From NCBI RefSeq assembly GCF_018977255.1, contig NW_024704742.1:33854001-33918000 (forward strand): a DNA stretch of 64,000 nt. Reading direction: 5' to 3'. Below are positions 38,293 through 50,240 of this stretch, one piece after another. Source of the DNA: Callorhinchus milii. Its lineage: Eukaryota. The notes under the pieces are model-generated. The model was not told where the DNA came from. It made no database searches and saw only the letters and a program-made list of their open reading frames with translations. Within the stretch, counting starts at the first letter, position 1. Each line of letters starts with the position of its first letter. A program made the translations under genes and the position numbers.

Positions 38293-39545
38293 CATATACA
38301 TTGTAGCGAGGAATATTCAGCTCCCATTCCTGCCCTTGTTTGCGACAGGTCTCCATTATTGCCACTACATCATAACCCCACGTGCAACTTAAGCCTGCAG
38401 CTCACCAATCTTATTTATCACACTCTGTGCATTTATGCACATGCACCCCAAGACCGATTACTCCTTATTACATTGCTATCCATCTCTCCGAGCCCTCTAT
38501 GTAACTTGTTTCTCCTTCTAATGCTACATCTTGATTCCCTTCCCCACTCAAAATTAGTTTAAACCCTTCCCCAAAGCACTAGTTAACCTCCCTGTGAGAA
38601 CATTAGTCCCAGCCTTGTTCAGGTGTAACCCATCCACTTTGTACAGATACCACCTGCCCCAGAACTGGTCCCAATGATCCAGGAACCTGAAGTCCTCCTT
38701 TCTGCACCATTTCTCCAGCCAAGCATTCATATGTTTGATCCAGAGATCACCACCTTTAAGGTCCTACTCTTTAGCTTTTTCCCTAGCTTCTGATATTCTC
38801 CCTGTAGGATCTCAGTCCTTTTTTCCCCTACACCCAACATGGACCATGATTTATGGATGTTCCCCTTCCCCCTATAGAATGTTTTGCACCTGTTCTCTGA
38901 TGTCTTCAACCCTGCACCAGGGAAGCAACATACCACGTGAGAATCACGTCTCTGGTTGCAGAAATGCCTGTCTACTCCTTTCACCATTGTGTCCCCAATG
39001 ACAATTGAATTCATACTCTTCCCTGTGCATCCATTTGCTTTTGACTCCCCTCCCCAGAAGTGTCATCATGCTGACCGGTATTCAATACAGAGAACCGGTT
39101 TGTGAGTGCCAAACTCTCAGGGGATTTCTGCACTGCCTGTCTCCTCTTCCTACCATGCCAGATGGTGACCCACTCTTTCTCCTTCTGAACCCTCTGTAGC
39201 TGTGGGGTGACCAGCTCCTGAAATGTTCGATCCATGAACTCTTCAGCCTCCCGTATGCTATGTGGTGACACCAGCCTCTCCTCAAGCTCAGAAACTCTGA
39301 GCTCAAGCTCGAGAAGCACTTCCTACACACCTGTTTGTCCAGGGCACACAAAGCATCCTGGAGTTCCCACATGGCACACATTGTGCATGCAACCAGTCTC
39401 AGCTGCCCTGCCATAGACCCAGACATATTTTATATTATTTTAATATAACTTATATATTTTATAATTCTGCACCTCTTTCCCTCTCTGCACCGAATTTCCA
39501 CTCTCACCAAATTCCTTTACAGAATTCTCATTCTGTTCCACCTCA
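38293..39545 (-). mobile_element. CR1 5' part: 5' UTR, decayed ORF1 (zinc-finger/coiled-coil/esterase-like) and ORF2 start
   Basis: MAGQLRLVACTMCAMWE...VCRKC, LLELELRVSELEERL, IVIGDTMVKGVDRHFC...CCFPGA (SGNH-like, frameshifted), then the APE N-terminal SVINKIGELQA...YDVVAIMET...WELNIP. Confidence 0.9.
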
Positions 39546-40471
39546 CCCAGTTCCCTCCTCATGCTGCTGGGCTCTCTGCTCAACTTATTTTTGTTTTCTA
39601 TGGTTCTGGCCTTAACTTTCTCTAAGATGTTATAGACCTCTATAAGGTGCCAGACCTCCAGTCTACCAAGATGTTCTTCATAACTCCTCTGCACTGCCTG
39701 TAGTCCTTATGTCATGGAGATCAGGACTGTATACAGAACTGTAACAGATGTAGTATTTGCAGAACACTGTATAATTTGAGCATGACTTTTGGAGATCTAC
39801 AACAACACCTTTTTAAAATACTTTCTTCTGTGATTTCATAGTTGCAAACATGTCAACTACATGACCAAAAGCTTAGTGTATATGTCAAATCATATAGACA
39901 GGAATGAGAGTGTATTCAATCTATCCTGGATCATTGTAGATCTGAGTGAGTTTTTGATGAAACTCATGTTTGAGAATGAACGTTCACCTTCACAGCCTGT
40001 TACTGGTTATGTTAAGAACATGCAAAGAGCAACTGCCACACTTGGAAATGTTGCTACAGATAAATGCATCAAATGTGTCTGCCTGTGCTGCTGGCAGCTG
40101 AGCAAACGAGTGGATGTAATTAATTAATGCTGCCAATTAAACTTCAATGGATAACCATTGAGCGCTTTGAAAGAAACGTATTTTGTTGCAAATGTGGGTG
40201 ATTAACTGTGTTTGGGTGCCAAAGATTTAGCAAAGAACATTAAAAAGACGAGAGATTGCAGGTTAGTGGTGGGAGTGGGAGGGGGTCATCAACCACTACC
40301 CCACGTGAAGGGCGCTATATAAATGCATGTTTGTTGTTGTTATAACTCCATGTTACTAGCTGCTTTTTGTTGTTTATATTTCACATAAACTGCCAGGTGC
40401 TTGTGTGAAATGGTACAATAGAGCTATTGTACCTATTGTTTTTTGCTTCACAGTGCGTTACTTATTATCAA

Positions 40472-40773
40472 CTAGCTGTACACGTTGCAGCTACGCTTAC
40501 AACCAAGGGAACGAATATTGAATGTAGATTTCAGTATTATTATTATACTTTATATTATATTATTATACTTTATATTATATTATTGTACTTTATATAATGA
40601 TAGGATATTCCCCCAAAAAACAATATGTCCATGACACTCCGACATACAAGACCTTTCCGTTATGGTATAAATCATGTCTCTATGTTCATCGGTTATTTAG
40701 TTATTGGCAGACACACAGACAGATAGACAGACGGACACACACAAACATTTCATCTTTATTAGTATATAGAAGA
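40472..40773 (-). mobile_element. complete 302-bp non-autonomous Helitron
   Basis: Minus strand: host A | TCTTCTATATACTAATAAAG ... (GTCT)/(GT) microsatellite ... subterminal hairpin GTTGTAAGCGTAGCTGCAAC ... TACAGCTAG | host T. No TSD; second copy at 35906. Confidence 0.82.
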
Positions 40774-41026
40774 TGAACATTGTTGTGTCAATTTTCTTTC
40801 CTCGGCATCTGCTGCCACACTGTGGCAGAAGCAAATTATTGCATGCAGCCTGAATATTCCTTTCAACAACAGCCTTCCCTTATTCAGAGGAATGAAATGG
40901 TTGGTACTCAGTGGGGAAAAAAGGTTATTTTATGTGACATATGTGTTAGAGAATCATGGAACATGATAAGAAATTGCAATAAATTACTTTATACAGCTAG
41001 ACACATCTTACAGCTTAATGATTACT

Positions 41027-41458
41027 GGAGTTCTGTAGCTCACCAGTTAGAGCACTCGCCTCGCAAATGAGAAGACCTGTGTTTGATTCCCGACAGGGTG
41101 AAACATTGGGCAATTTGCCTTACTCCACATGCCTCCATACACTTAGCAGTAAGTAGGAATCCAGTTGTTAGTCGATTAGCAGATCGCTTTTCCGATGGGT
41201 GATAATCACTTAAAAAAAAATTGGCCACTCAACCCATGACTGTTTGTGGGACATGCTGTTCGCAATTGGCTGCCACATTTCGCCCACAAAATATACAGTC
41301 AATTCACTTTACAGTATATCCTGTGAAGCGCCGATTCTTGAAGACGTAATAAGGTGTTATATCAAATACATCGATTATTATTATACTCTGTGAAGCGCTT
41401 TGAGACATCTCAAAGACATGATAAGGTGCTACATCAAATGCAAGGATTATTATTATTA
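41027..41458 (+). mobile_element. SINE long variant with duplicated 3' tail
   Basis: Head, CAGTAAGTAGGAATCCAGTTGTTAG segment, and two successive TGTGAAGCG...ATCAAAT tails. Confidence 0.88.
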
Positions 41459-42055
41459 CAGCACTGTTTATCTACCCAACGATAACTGTATGTTGTCTGA
41501 GCAGGGCTCAGATGTTTAAATCAAGTTGGCTGCATGTGAGTGAAAATTTTCAGTTGGATTTGTTTGTTTAAGGTATCAAGGTGTACAATTTTACTTCAAT
41601 GTACATGACAAGAATTTACAAATTGCAAGTTTCTATCTCTCCCATCTTATTTTGACTTTAATTGTCTGCCACTGATGGAAAATAATGGATAGATCTTGAA
41701 AAAGAAGGGCAAGAGAAGGTGAGTTAGCATTGACCGTGGGTTTCCATATCAATGTATAAGATGGGATAGAGACCGGAAAACAGATTACTTTGATACACAG
41801 TGTAAATAAATCTAAGAACACAAAATGCACAGCCAAACCACTTTACAGTATATCGTGTGAAGCGCTTTGAGACGTCTCATAACGTGATAAGGAACTATAT
41901 CAAATACAAGGATTATTATTAACATTATTATTAATTTTTTATGAACTAATTGACAGTAATCCATTCTAAAGTGCTTTTCAATGTCGGAATCAAGTCAACC
42001 CTCTGTGGCACTTTGGTACTTCAGGTGTTTATGACATACTCCAGGGACTGTTGAT

Positions 42056-42422
42056 GAGATTCAAGATCCTCATCCTCACCTCGAATTCAAGATCCTCATC
42101 CTCACCTACAAGGCCATTCATGGCCTTGCTCCCTCCTACCTCTCTGACCTACTATCCCCCTACTTACCTGCCCATACCCTCCGTTCCTCTGGCTCTGGTC
42201 TCCTCCACACCACCCGCCCTAACCACCCTACTATCGGTGACTGGGCTTTCAGCCTCTCAGCCCCTAGGCTCTGGAACTCTATCCCCCAGTGCCTTCGCCT
42301 TGCTTCCTCCCTTTCCTTCTTCAAGGCCGCTCTCAAGACCTTTCTCTTCGACCGTGCCTTCAGCTCCCCTCTCGACTCTCTAACCCCCTCCTCGCTCCCT
42401 CCCTTCCCTCCCCTCACCCTGT
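42056..42422 (+). mobile_element. young L2 3' fragment with a 26-bp tandem duplication at its 5' junction
   Basis: Highly similar to the reverse of 37155-37490; ATTCAAGATCCTCATCCTCACCT repeated twice. Confidence 0.9.
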
Positions 42423-42873
42423 TTATTCTAGAAATCAAAGACTTAACAGGTAGTTCTAGCATCAAGTTTACTAGACAGTGTTCGCAATGGCATGATGGCA
42501 AGCTATGTCATTTTAGTTAGTTAAATTTGGAGCAGTGCCATAACAACCACTGTAAGGTTCCCAAGCCTTGGCTCTTATTAACCCATACCTAATACTTTCC
42601 AGGATTGGGTAAGCAGAGCATATTCCTCCAGGGAGAGAGTCCACACATCATTCTAGAGCAGGGGAATGTCCATTCATAGATAGCAAGCATATATAGAATT
42701 CTCAGATCGATGTCGATGCTCTTAAACATAGTAATGGGATTCTCGGTTTGCCAGACACCAGCTGACCAAATAAACTTGATAACCTAATGTGATAAGAGAC
42801 TACGACATCCAAATTCTTCCCATAGCTATTTTTTTCCCAAAATCAACACAACTTTCATTCATATATTCATCAT

Positions 42874-42955
42874 CCTGAAACATTAACTCACTTTCCTCTC
42901 TTCATAGATGCTGCCTGACCTGCTCACTGTGTTCCCAGTGACTTCTGTTTTTATT
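42874..42955 (+). mobile_element. Penelope-like short repeat fragment
   Basis: CCTGAAACATTAACTC...CATAGATGCTGCCTGACCTGCT...TTCCCAGTGACTTCTGTTTTTATT; homologous to 46284 and 60513. Confidence 0.65.
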
Positions 42956-42964
42956 GCACTTATA

Positions 42965-43350
42965 TAGAAGCCTACATTTAGCAAAGCATCTCAACAGAAA
43001 GGAAATGGGAGCCGAAGCAGGGTAGGAGATGGAGGGGCCGGGGGTGAGGTGGGGTGAGGAGATAGATGGTCAAAGGCACAGTCAAAGAGATAGGCTTTAT
43101 ATGTGATTTGAACCCTGCCCTCCACCCTCCCCCACCCCGACTACCAGCTCGGGTCCGTAACTCTGTCTGCCCAGCGCGTTGGGATGCCCTCCCGATGTGA
43201 AAGGCGCTATACAAATGTTGTTGTGTAAAGTATTTATGGAGAGGGTTTGTGAGAGCAGGGGCAATGTGCTGAAATCTCACACAACCACGTCCAGGAAACA
43301 TGAAGCAGGCTTGAGCTGGCAGAAGGAGGAAGTAGGAGGGCAAAAGAATC
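42965..43350. mobile_element. old minus-strand L2 fragment interrupted by a younger plus-strand L2 tail (43111-43225)
   Basis: Purine-rich L2 3' UTR pieces on both sides of GGGATGCCCTCCCGATGTGAAAGGCGCTATACAAATGTTGTTG. Confidence 0.65.
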
Positions 43351-46283
43351 ATATGAATGTAGAGATAAAAGTACTCTTCTAAGGTATAAACTCAACTTTA
43401 CCCCAGTTGACTTCACGTACAGGATGGTACTAGACTGTATAACTCAGCTCCACCCTGTGGGATTTTTACAGAAAGGAAGGTTTACAGATTTAGGTTAGTA
43501 TTTTGGGTGTGGTGACATTAGCCTTGGCCTGACCTCAGGCAGTTGACTACCGTTACTGCTCATATGTTTATCAGAGATGCCACAAGAGGTTTTGCATTAC
43601 CACAGGTGAATCTGCTGCATGACCCCTGATGCCTAGCAGTTTTCAAATTCAATACCCAGTTGTATGAAATGGCAATCTATAAAGGTTTCAGCTGCTTAAA
43701 CTTCAGCACTGCCCCAACACACACTCCAGGGTCCTCAATACTTGGCTGTTGCCAGACTGCACCAAATACTTTCTAAGATTAGGTAAACTGGGTCCCTCAG
43801 AGGAAAGAGTGCATATACTATTCCAAACAGGATCCTTGTCATATTTATCCAGTGATTGTAAGGTCTTGCACTGAAATAACACTGGCTACATTTGAAGAAA
43901 TAATAAGGAAAAAAAAGAAAAAAATGGAGCCAAAAACTAATCCCAAAGGGGTTCAACTAGTAGTTTAGTGAAACATATTGACAGTTTAAGTGCAAATACC
44001 CATTGAAACAAATAATTTTCCAAATCATGTAGTGTATAATTTTAGTTGCTGTGATGGTGGTACACAGAATCACATGCTCCACAAATGGCAGGAGTGACGT
44101 AAAATACAGCTTCCAGTAATGATTTATAAAAATCAATTTTTCACCAATAAAATAATGACATGGGTATAAAAATATACTACTATAACTAAGCTATTTCTAT
44201 GAATAAAATAACTGAGATCAGGCTTTATCAGTAAGTACTTCATTATCTGGTTGCCATGGATTTAACCATTGGAATTATGAAATAATTCCCACAGGTATTC
44301 AGAATCTATAGATCTCTGACAGCAACTGCCTTGCCTTGGGTAATTCAATGAGCTAAACTTAGAATGTAGGATGGAGTATGACTACATGGCAATAAAAATT
44401 TTGCAAAATTCTGTCCTACACTACTGCAGGCTAAAACATCTTTGTATACTTTGCTGACTCTGGGAAAGAGGAGGAGGAAACTGGGGTGTCCCTGGTGGTC
44501 ATAGAATTATAGGATATTACAGTATAGAAACAGGCTATTTGGCCAATCAAGTTTGCACTTATGTTTTATTCTATTTGGCCACCTAATCTATTCTCACTCT
44601 TCTGTTTGCTCTACTTACCCTTTAATATTTTTCCTTTTCAAGCATTTATCTAATGTCTAATCTATCAAAAATGCTCAAACTGGCTGGCCCATTTGTTTAT
44701 CAAATCCACACTTTACAGTAAATCCTGTGAAGCACTTTAAAAACTTCTCCAGCATGTGAAAGGCACTGCATCAAATGCAAGGATTATTATTGATAATAAT
44801 ACTAATTTGCTTTCAAGATAATTCAACTATGATTATGGCAGAGAATTCCACATGTAACTAAAGTTTTTCTAATTATCTTGTTTAATTTGTGCTTTCCGGT
44901 TATTGACTTGCTGATCGGAGAAAAAATAATCCATTATTAGATATTTTTTAAACTGGTAACTATTATCCTTCTCAGCTCTAGTGAAAAAAAACTAATTTCT
45001 CAAAACTCTCTTCATAATAGAAACCTCTAATCCTTTGTTTAGAAACTTAAGGATTTTGGCAGATGAGAACATCATATTCTTCACATTGTGTTACATGAAT
45101 CCAACGAATTACCATCCAATTATCCGTAGAAAATTGCCTTTGAATTCCGTTGGGATGACTGATGTATCATCTGCATTTCTTTGCTGGATTTTCACTGTCA
45201 ATTCTGAAAACTGTGCTGTTGATTGAAATTTAGCAGGGGAAATACATTATGTATCGCAATAATAATCCTTGTATTTCATATAGGATTTTACTATGAAGTG
45301 TAGTAACTGTAATATTAGGTAAACGCTGCAGCCAATTTGCACACAGCAATGTCCAAGCTTATCTGGGAACTGTTGGCCAGGACACTAGGAGAAACTCCCT
45401 CTTCTTATTGAATAGTGCCATGGAATGTTTAACGTAATGGATTTCATGATGTAACCAGCTTTCACAGACTACAAAAAAGTGACCTTCTTTATTATTTTTT
45501 CAGGAAACGTTACAAAAGGATCGGTCACACGTTATTACTGGCCTTGTAAGGAGCTTTCCAGAGATTTCCTCACCGATCAAGAAAATTCATCATAAAAACA
45601 GTGCAAACAAAGTCTAGCCAGCAGATGTAGCAGGATATCGGAAAGTTTATGACCATAGTAACCTTTGTGGTGAACCAGATCTGAGCTGTACTAAAGTGGA
45701 CTGGGCAGTAAAGGGACAATGATTTACAATCTGTTACAGCATCAGTCACCACCAGGTACACTGTATAGCTGCTTCAATACTTGTCAGAGCTGGCAAAAAA
45801 AATTCAATTTTTTTTTAACTGGTATGCTTTTTTCGATATCTTTGGGGTGGTTGCACTGAGATACATGGACAATAAAATCACTAATAATGAATGACTAAGT
45901 GTGACAGCACAGTGTTATAAAATTCATGAGCTTTTACTGTTCCTATGCAATATCACGGTGCAGTAACAACAAAAATGAACGAAAGGGAAAGAAAATCCTC
46001 TCACTAATGAGCCATTGCACACTGGAAATGCTTTTGAACCCTGAGGAGAAATACTGAGAGATAGAACACTTTACTGTATCTTTACTGGTTCAGGGAGAAA
46101 TTATAATGAATCCATTAAATTGGCATTTTATAGACTGACTGTTACTAATGAGACTATTGCTTGGAGTATGCTTGTTTTTTTTAGAATTATAAAGCACATT
46201 ATAATATTATTATTAATAACAATCTTTGTGGATTTTCTTGTCAGCTAGGTATCTGACACATGTTCAACTAGTTAAAACCTTAA

Positions 46284-46444
46284 ACTGAAGTCGCTGGGAA
46301 CATGCAACAGGTCAGGCAGCATCAGTTCTGACGAAAGGTTATCGACCTGAAAAATGTTAACTCATTTTCCTCTCTCCATAGATGCTATCTGATTCCAGTG
46401 ACTTCAGTTTTTATTTCGGATTTCTGCAGTATTTTGCTTTTTGT
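46284..46444 (+). mobile_element. Penelope-like short insertion with an inverted 5' segment, minimal hammerhead motif and 12-bp TSD
   Basis: TTAAAACCTTAA at 46272-46283 and 46445-46456. 46284-46323 is an inverted copy of the 46381-46410 region. AGTT-CTGACGA-A-AGGT-TATCG-ACCT-GAAA-AATGTT-AACT at 46324-46362. Confidence 0.75.
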
Positions 46445-46754
46445 TTAAAACCTTAAGCTTGTCAGTGAAAGCACAGCTATTGGGATATGGCATCAGTTGT
46501 ACTCAGAAACAGCACTGAGATCAATTGTATGATGGTTCTATTTTTACTGTGCTATGTGCAAATCACTCCCTTTCTCCTTCCTCCGCCAGCTTCTGTCTCT
46601 CTCACACATGCAATATACAAAAAATGTCGCTGACCAGCTAACAATTATATAATATCTGTAAAGCATAATTTTCTTTTTAGAGTGATATTTTAACAGTAAA
46701 GGGTTAAGAAATAATGTTACCACCAAAAACAGTAAGATGCCTTTACAATTCTTC

Positions 46755-47172
46755 TTTTAAACCTGTCTTGCTCCTTCCCTTGCCTCCTTCAAGGCATGTC
46801 TTAAGACCTTCCTCTTCAACTGCGCCTTTGGCCACACTCCTACCCCTACCCTCCCTGCCCTCCATCCCTCCTGCTCCCAACTCCTTGCTCGGGTCCAAAT
46901 CCCTTACTGTTCAATGCCTTGAGACGTTCTTCCAACATGAAAGTTGATATACAAATGTAATTTGTTGTTGTTGTCTTGGGATTCTTTTTCTGGGAGTAAT
47001 AATTCCTTCAAAAAATAATAATAAATTGGTCACTTCAATCCACTGGGACATTGCTGTGTGCTGCCCACAAAATATAGTCAATTCACTTTACAGTATATTC
47101 TGTGAAGCGCTTTGAGACGTCTTAAAGACATGATAAGGCACTATATCAAACGCAAGGATTATTATTATTATT
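46755..47172 (+). mobile_element. L2 3' end followed by a SINE 3' fragment
   Basis: L2 tail with (TTG)n to ~46975, then SINE body and tail. Confidence 0.8.
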
Positions 47173-47174
47173 TA

Positions 47175-47535
47175 TTGTCCATCCCTGGTTATACCGAAAA
47201 GCTGGTGATGCCCCCTCTCTATTAACCACTGTCTTTTTGTACTGATTTTTCTTGACAAATTAGTGATTTGCTGGGCCATTTTTTAAAGAATCAACCACAC
47301 AGTTTGGGACTAGTCACAGGTACCCTCAAACCAGGTGAGGGTGGCAGATATCCTTTCCCTGAAGGACACGAGTGAACTAATTGAGTTTGTAACAACAATT
47401 TGGGAGCTTGATGACTATTTTTCTGGGAGATTTTTCTCTCTGTTTTGAAAATTTGGATTACATAAATATTTTAGTGGGATTTAAACCTGTGGCATCTGGG
47501 TTGTTAGTCCAAGATTATTAATGCTCCACAACTAC
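47175..47535 (-). mobile_element. old tRNA-derived SINE of a different family
   Basis: Minus head GGACTAACAACCCAGATGCCACAGGTTTAAATCCCAC; body GTGTCCTTCAGGGAAAGGATATCTGCCACCCTCACCTGG; end AGGGATGGACAATAAA. Recognised from recall of shark repeats. Confidence 0.55.
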
Positions 47536-47617
47536 TCCTCTCACTGTCCAATGCTTTGAGAATTCCTCCCTCTTCTGTGGCTACAGGAAAACCTGAATTA
47601 AACTTTCAGCTCTATAC

Positions 47618-47850
47618 TATAGGCAGATTCTTGTTATAATGTAGGTAATTTGAGTGCATAAACACAGACGCATGTTATAACGAGATACCCTAAAAAATGC
47701 CACTGTCAGTTCTTCTGGGTCATCAGGTCACTGCTGACGTTACATCCTACACAGCATTCACTGGGATTCTGCAGGTCTGTTATGCAACCACACTGTAACC
47801 AGACCTATGTGCTATATTAAGGCATATTATAGCAGTTGGCTTGAACTCTA
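47618..47850. mobile_element. decayed Tc1/mariner(Tigger)-like MITE
   Basis: TA-flanked; internal inverted motifs TCTTGTTATAATG / CATGTTATAACGAGA, with a degenerate right end CATATTATAGCAG. Confidence 0.4.
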
Positions 47851-48006
47851 CATAGCTTCCTATAACAACATCAAATGTGACTTAAGGAGCCCAAGGTGCT
47901 GCATCAATCGCCGTTTTTGGTAACCCTTTCTAGCTGTTGATTATCCTTTGTGTAGAGACATGCTACTTATAATCTTCCCCTTCACAATCTTGAGCTTGTG
48001 CCCTTT

Positions 48007-48580
48007 TAGGAATGTAGGATTATAGAAAAAGGAGGAGGCCGTTCAGCCCTTCGAGCCTGTTCTGCCATTTAATTAGATCATGGCTGATCTGTACCTCAAA
48101 TAATCCTTTCAATTCCAATTTTCCGCTTTCTCCCCATATCCCTTTATACCCTGACCTACCAAAAATCTATCAACCTCACTCTTGAAGGTGTGGATGGATC
48201 CAACATCCACAGCCTGTTGGGGGAGAGAATTCCAGATTTCTACCACCCTTTGAGTGAAAAAATGCTTCCTGATTTCACTCTTAAATGGCCTGGTTTTAAT
48301 TTTAAGACTATGCCCCCTTGTTTCGGATTCCCCCACCAGAGGACATAGCTTCTCTGTCAAATCCTATCAAATCCCTTTATCATCTTAAATAGCTCAATCA
48401 AATCAACCCTCAAACTTCTAAACTCAAGGGAATACAATCCAAGTTTACGCAGCCTTTCCTCGTAGCTTTACCCTTTTAGACCTGGTAACATTCTGGTGAA
48501 CCTGTGTTGCAGCCCTTCTAGGGTTAATATATCTTTCCTGAGGTGTGGTGCCCAGAGCTGAACACAGTACTCCAGATGCT
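48007..48580 (-). mobile_element. CR1 LINE 3' fragment
   Basis: TRGHSLKIKTRPFKSEIRKHFFTQRVVEIWNSLPQQAVD; upstream LEYCVQLWAPHLRKD. Confidence 0.92.
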
Positions 48581-49004
48581 GGAGATGGACAAACCAATTT
48601 ATACAGTGTTTTTTGGCGAGAAGAGGAACTACGTGCAGTACTCCAGTTGTGGCCTGATTAGCATTGTATAACTTGAGGATGACATCTGGGCATCTGAACT
48701 CAATTGATTTGTCAATACAATATAGCTCAGCATTTTGTTTGCCTTGTTTATTGCTGCTTTACACTGTTTAATAAATTAGTTAACTAAGACCTCAATATCT
48801 CCATCATCTTTCCCTTTGGCAACACGCCAATGCTAAGAAGGATCTGAAGGCCAAGCCTAGAGTTAATGAACTTAATAAAGGGAGAAGAAGATGTAACATC
48901 ATCATAACCGTGACTGGGAGGAAACAAATAAAGAAATAATCCAAACAGAAATGCAGGACATCGCTTTTGTGACATGTTGGTGTTTAGTTCAAAGCTCCTT
49001 TTAC

Positions 49005-49560
49005 CATAGAACGATAGGAATTCATGGCATAGAGAAGTTGTATCTGCAAGACCTCAATCCTTACACCTATCTTTTTACAATTTTTAAAAAATAATATTTA
49101 CCCCATATTATTATTATTATTTTATACACTAGTAGATGACTCTTTTTAATGCCAATATGGATTCTGCCTCAACTGTCACTCCCTACAGGCATTCCATATC
49201 GTAAGGACTCTGGCATGAAAAATAATCTCCTAACCTCCCCATTTGCTTGTTTACTGACTATCTTAAATTGATACCCTCTAAGTCATGACTTACCCATTAG
49301 TGGAAATAATTTATCCCTATTGGCTCTATCAAAAAACCCCATAATTTAAAAGACCTCTACTGGGTCACCCCTAGTTATTCTTTGTTTCACCCAAAACATT
49401 TCTTCAGTCTCCCCACTCATAGGCCAAACCCTCATCTCTAGTGTTATCCTAGTAAATCTCTTCTGTACCCACATTATCACCTTGAAATCTTTCCTAAAGT
49501 AGGGTGACCAACACTGGACACAATATTCAAACTGTGGTCCAAATATTTTTTTCTATATAA
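49005..49560 (-). mobile_element. older CR1 3' fragment
   Basis: Decayed homology to the 21202 and 48007 copies. Confidence 0.7.
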
Positions 49561-49827
49561 GTTTGCAGATCTCAGATTTCTTGCTTCTGTTAAAAAAAAC
49601 TTTGCTGAACTTCAACAAAGGCTCAAAATGTCACTCCTCAACTGAACTTATGCAATGAACAGCAATGACTTTTGATTAATGCCCAAAACTTTGCAGCACC
49701 GAATATAGAAAATGGCTTGTGTCTACTGAGCATCTGTGCTGAGCTACATCAATTAAAACCTGAAATTAACATGGAAAGAATCAAGGGAAGATGGAGAGGT
49801 TTGGTTATTTCAGTTTAATGAAAACAT

Positions 49828-49860
49828 TGCAATATATGTTTATTCACTAGGTGGCGCCCT
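49828..49860 (+). promoter_or_regulatory. predicted CTCF site with upstream motif
   Basis: TCACTAGGTGGCGCC at 49844-49858 fits CCASYAGRKGGCRS except the first base; TGCAATA starts 16 bp upstream. Confidence 0.6.
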
Positions 49861-49869
49861 AGTCAATTT

Positions 49870-50240
49870 AATAATAATCTTTGCAATGATATGACACCTT
49901 ATCAAGTTGAAATGTCTCACAACCTTTAGTCTAGTGACTGTGCATTTGTAGGTGAACAGGGAAATCAATTAGTGCAAAGCAATATTGCACAAATAGCCAT
50001 GAAGTGAATGATCAATTTTATATGGGGAATTGTTGCCAGGACACCGGGAGAAACTCCCTTCACTTTTCTAATAATGCCATGGAATCTTTAACATTCACTT
50101 GAATAGACAGACGGGACCTTGAATTAATGTCTCATCTGAAAGATGCCACCTCATGGCACCTGAGTGTCAGCTTGGACTGTATAAGTTCAAAGTCCTGTCA
50201 TGGGACTTGAATCTACAACCTTCTGTCTCAGAGGCTTCTG
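49870..50240 (-). mobile_element. older Deu-domain-type SINE, near full length
   Basis: Minus head GCCTCTGAGACAGAAGGTTGTAGATTCAAGTCCC, central GGTGGCATCTTTCAGATGAGACATTAA...AAAGATTCCATGGCATTATT, common tail. Confidence 0.8.
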
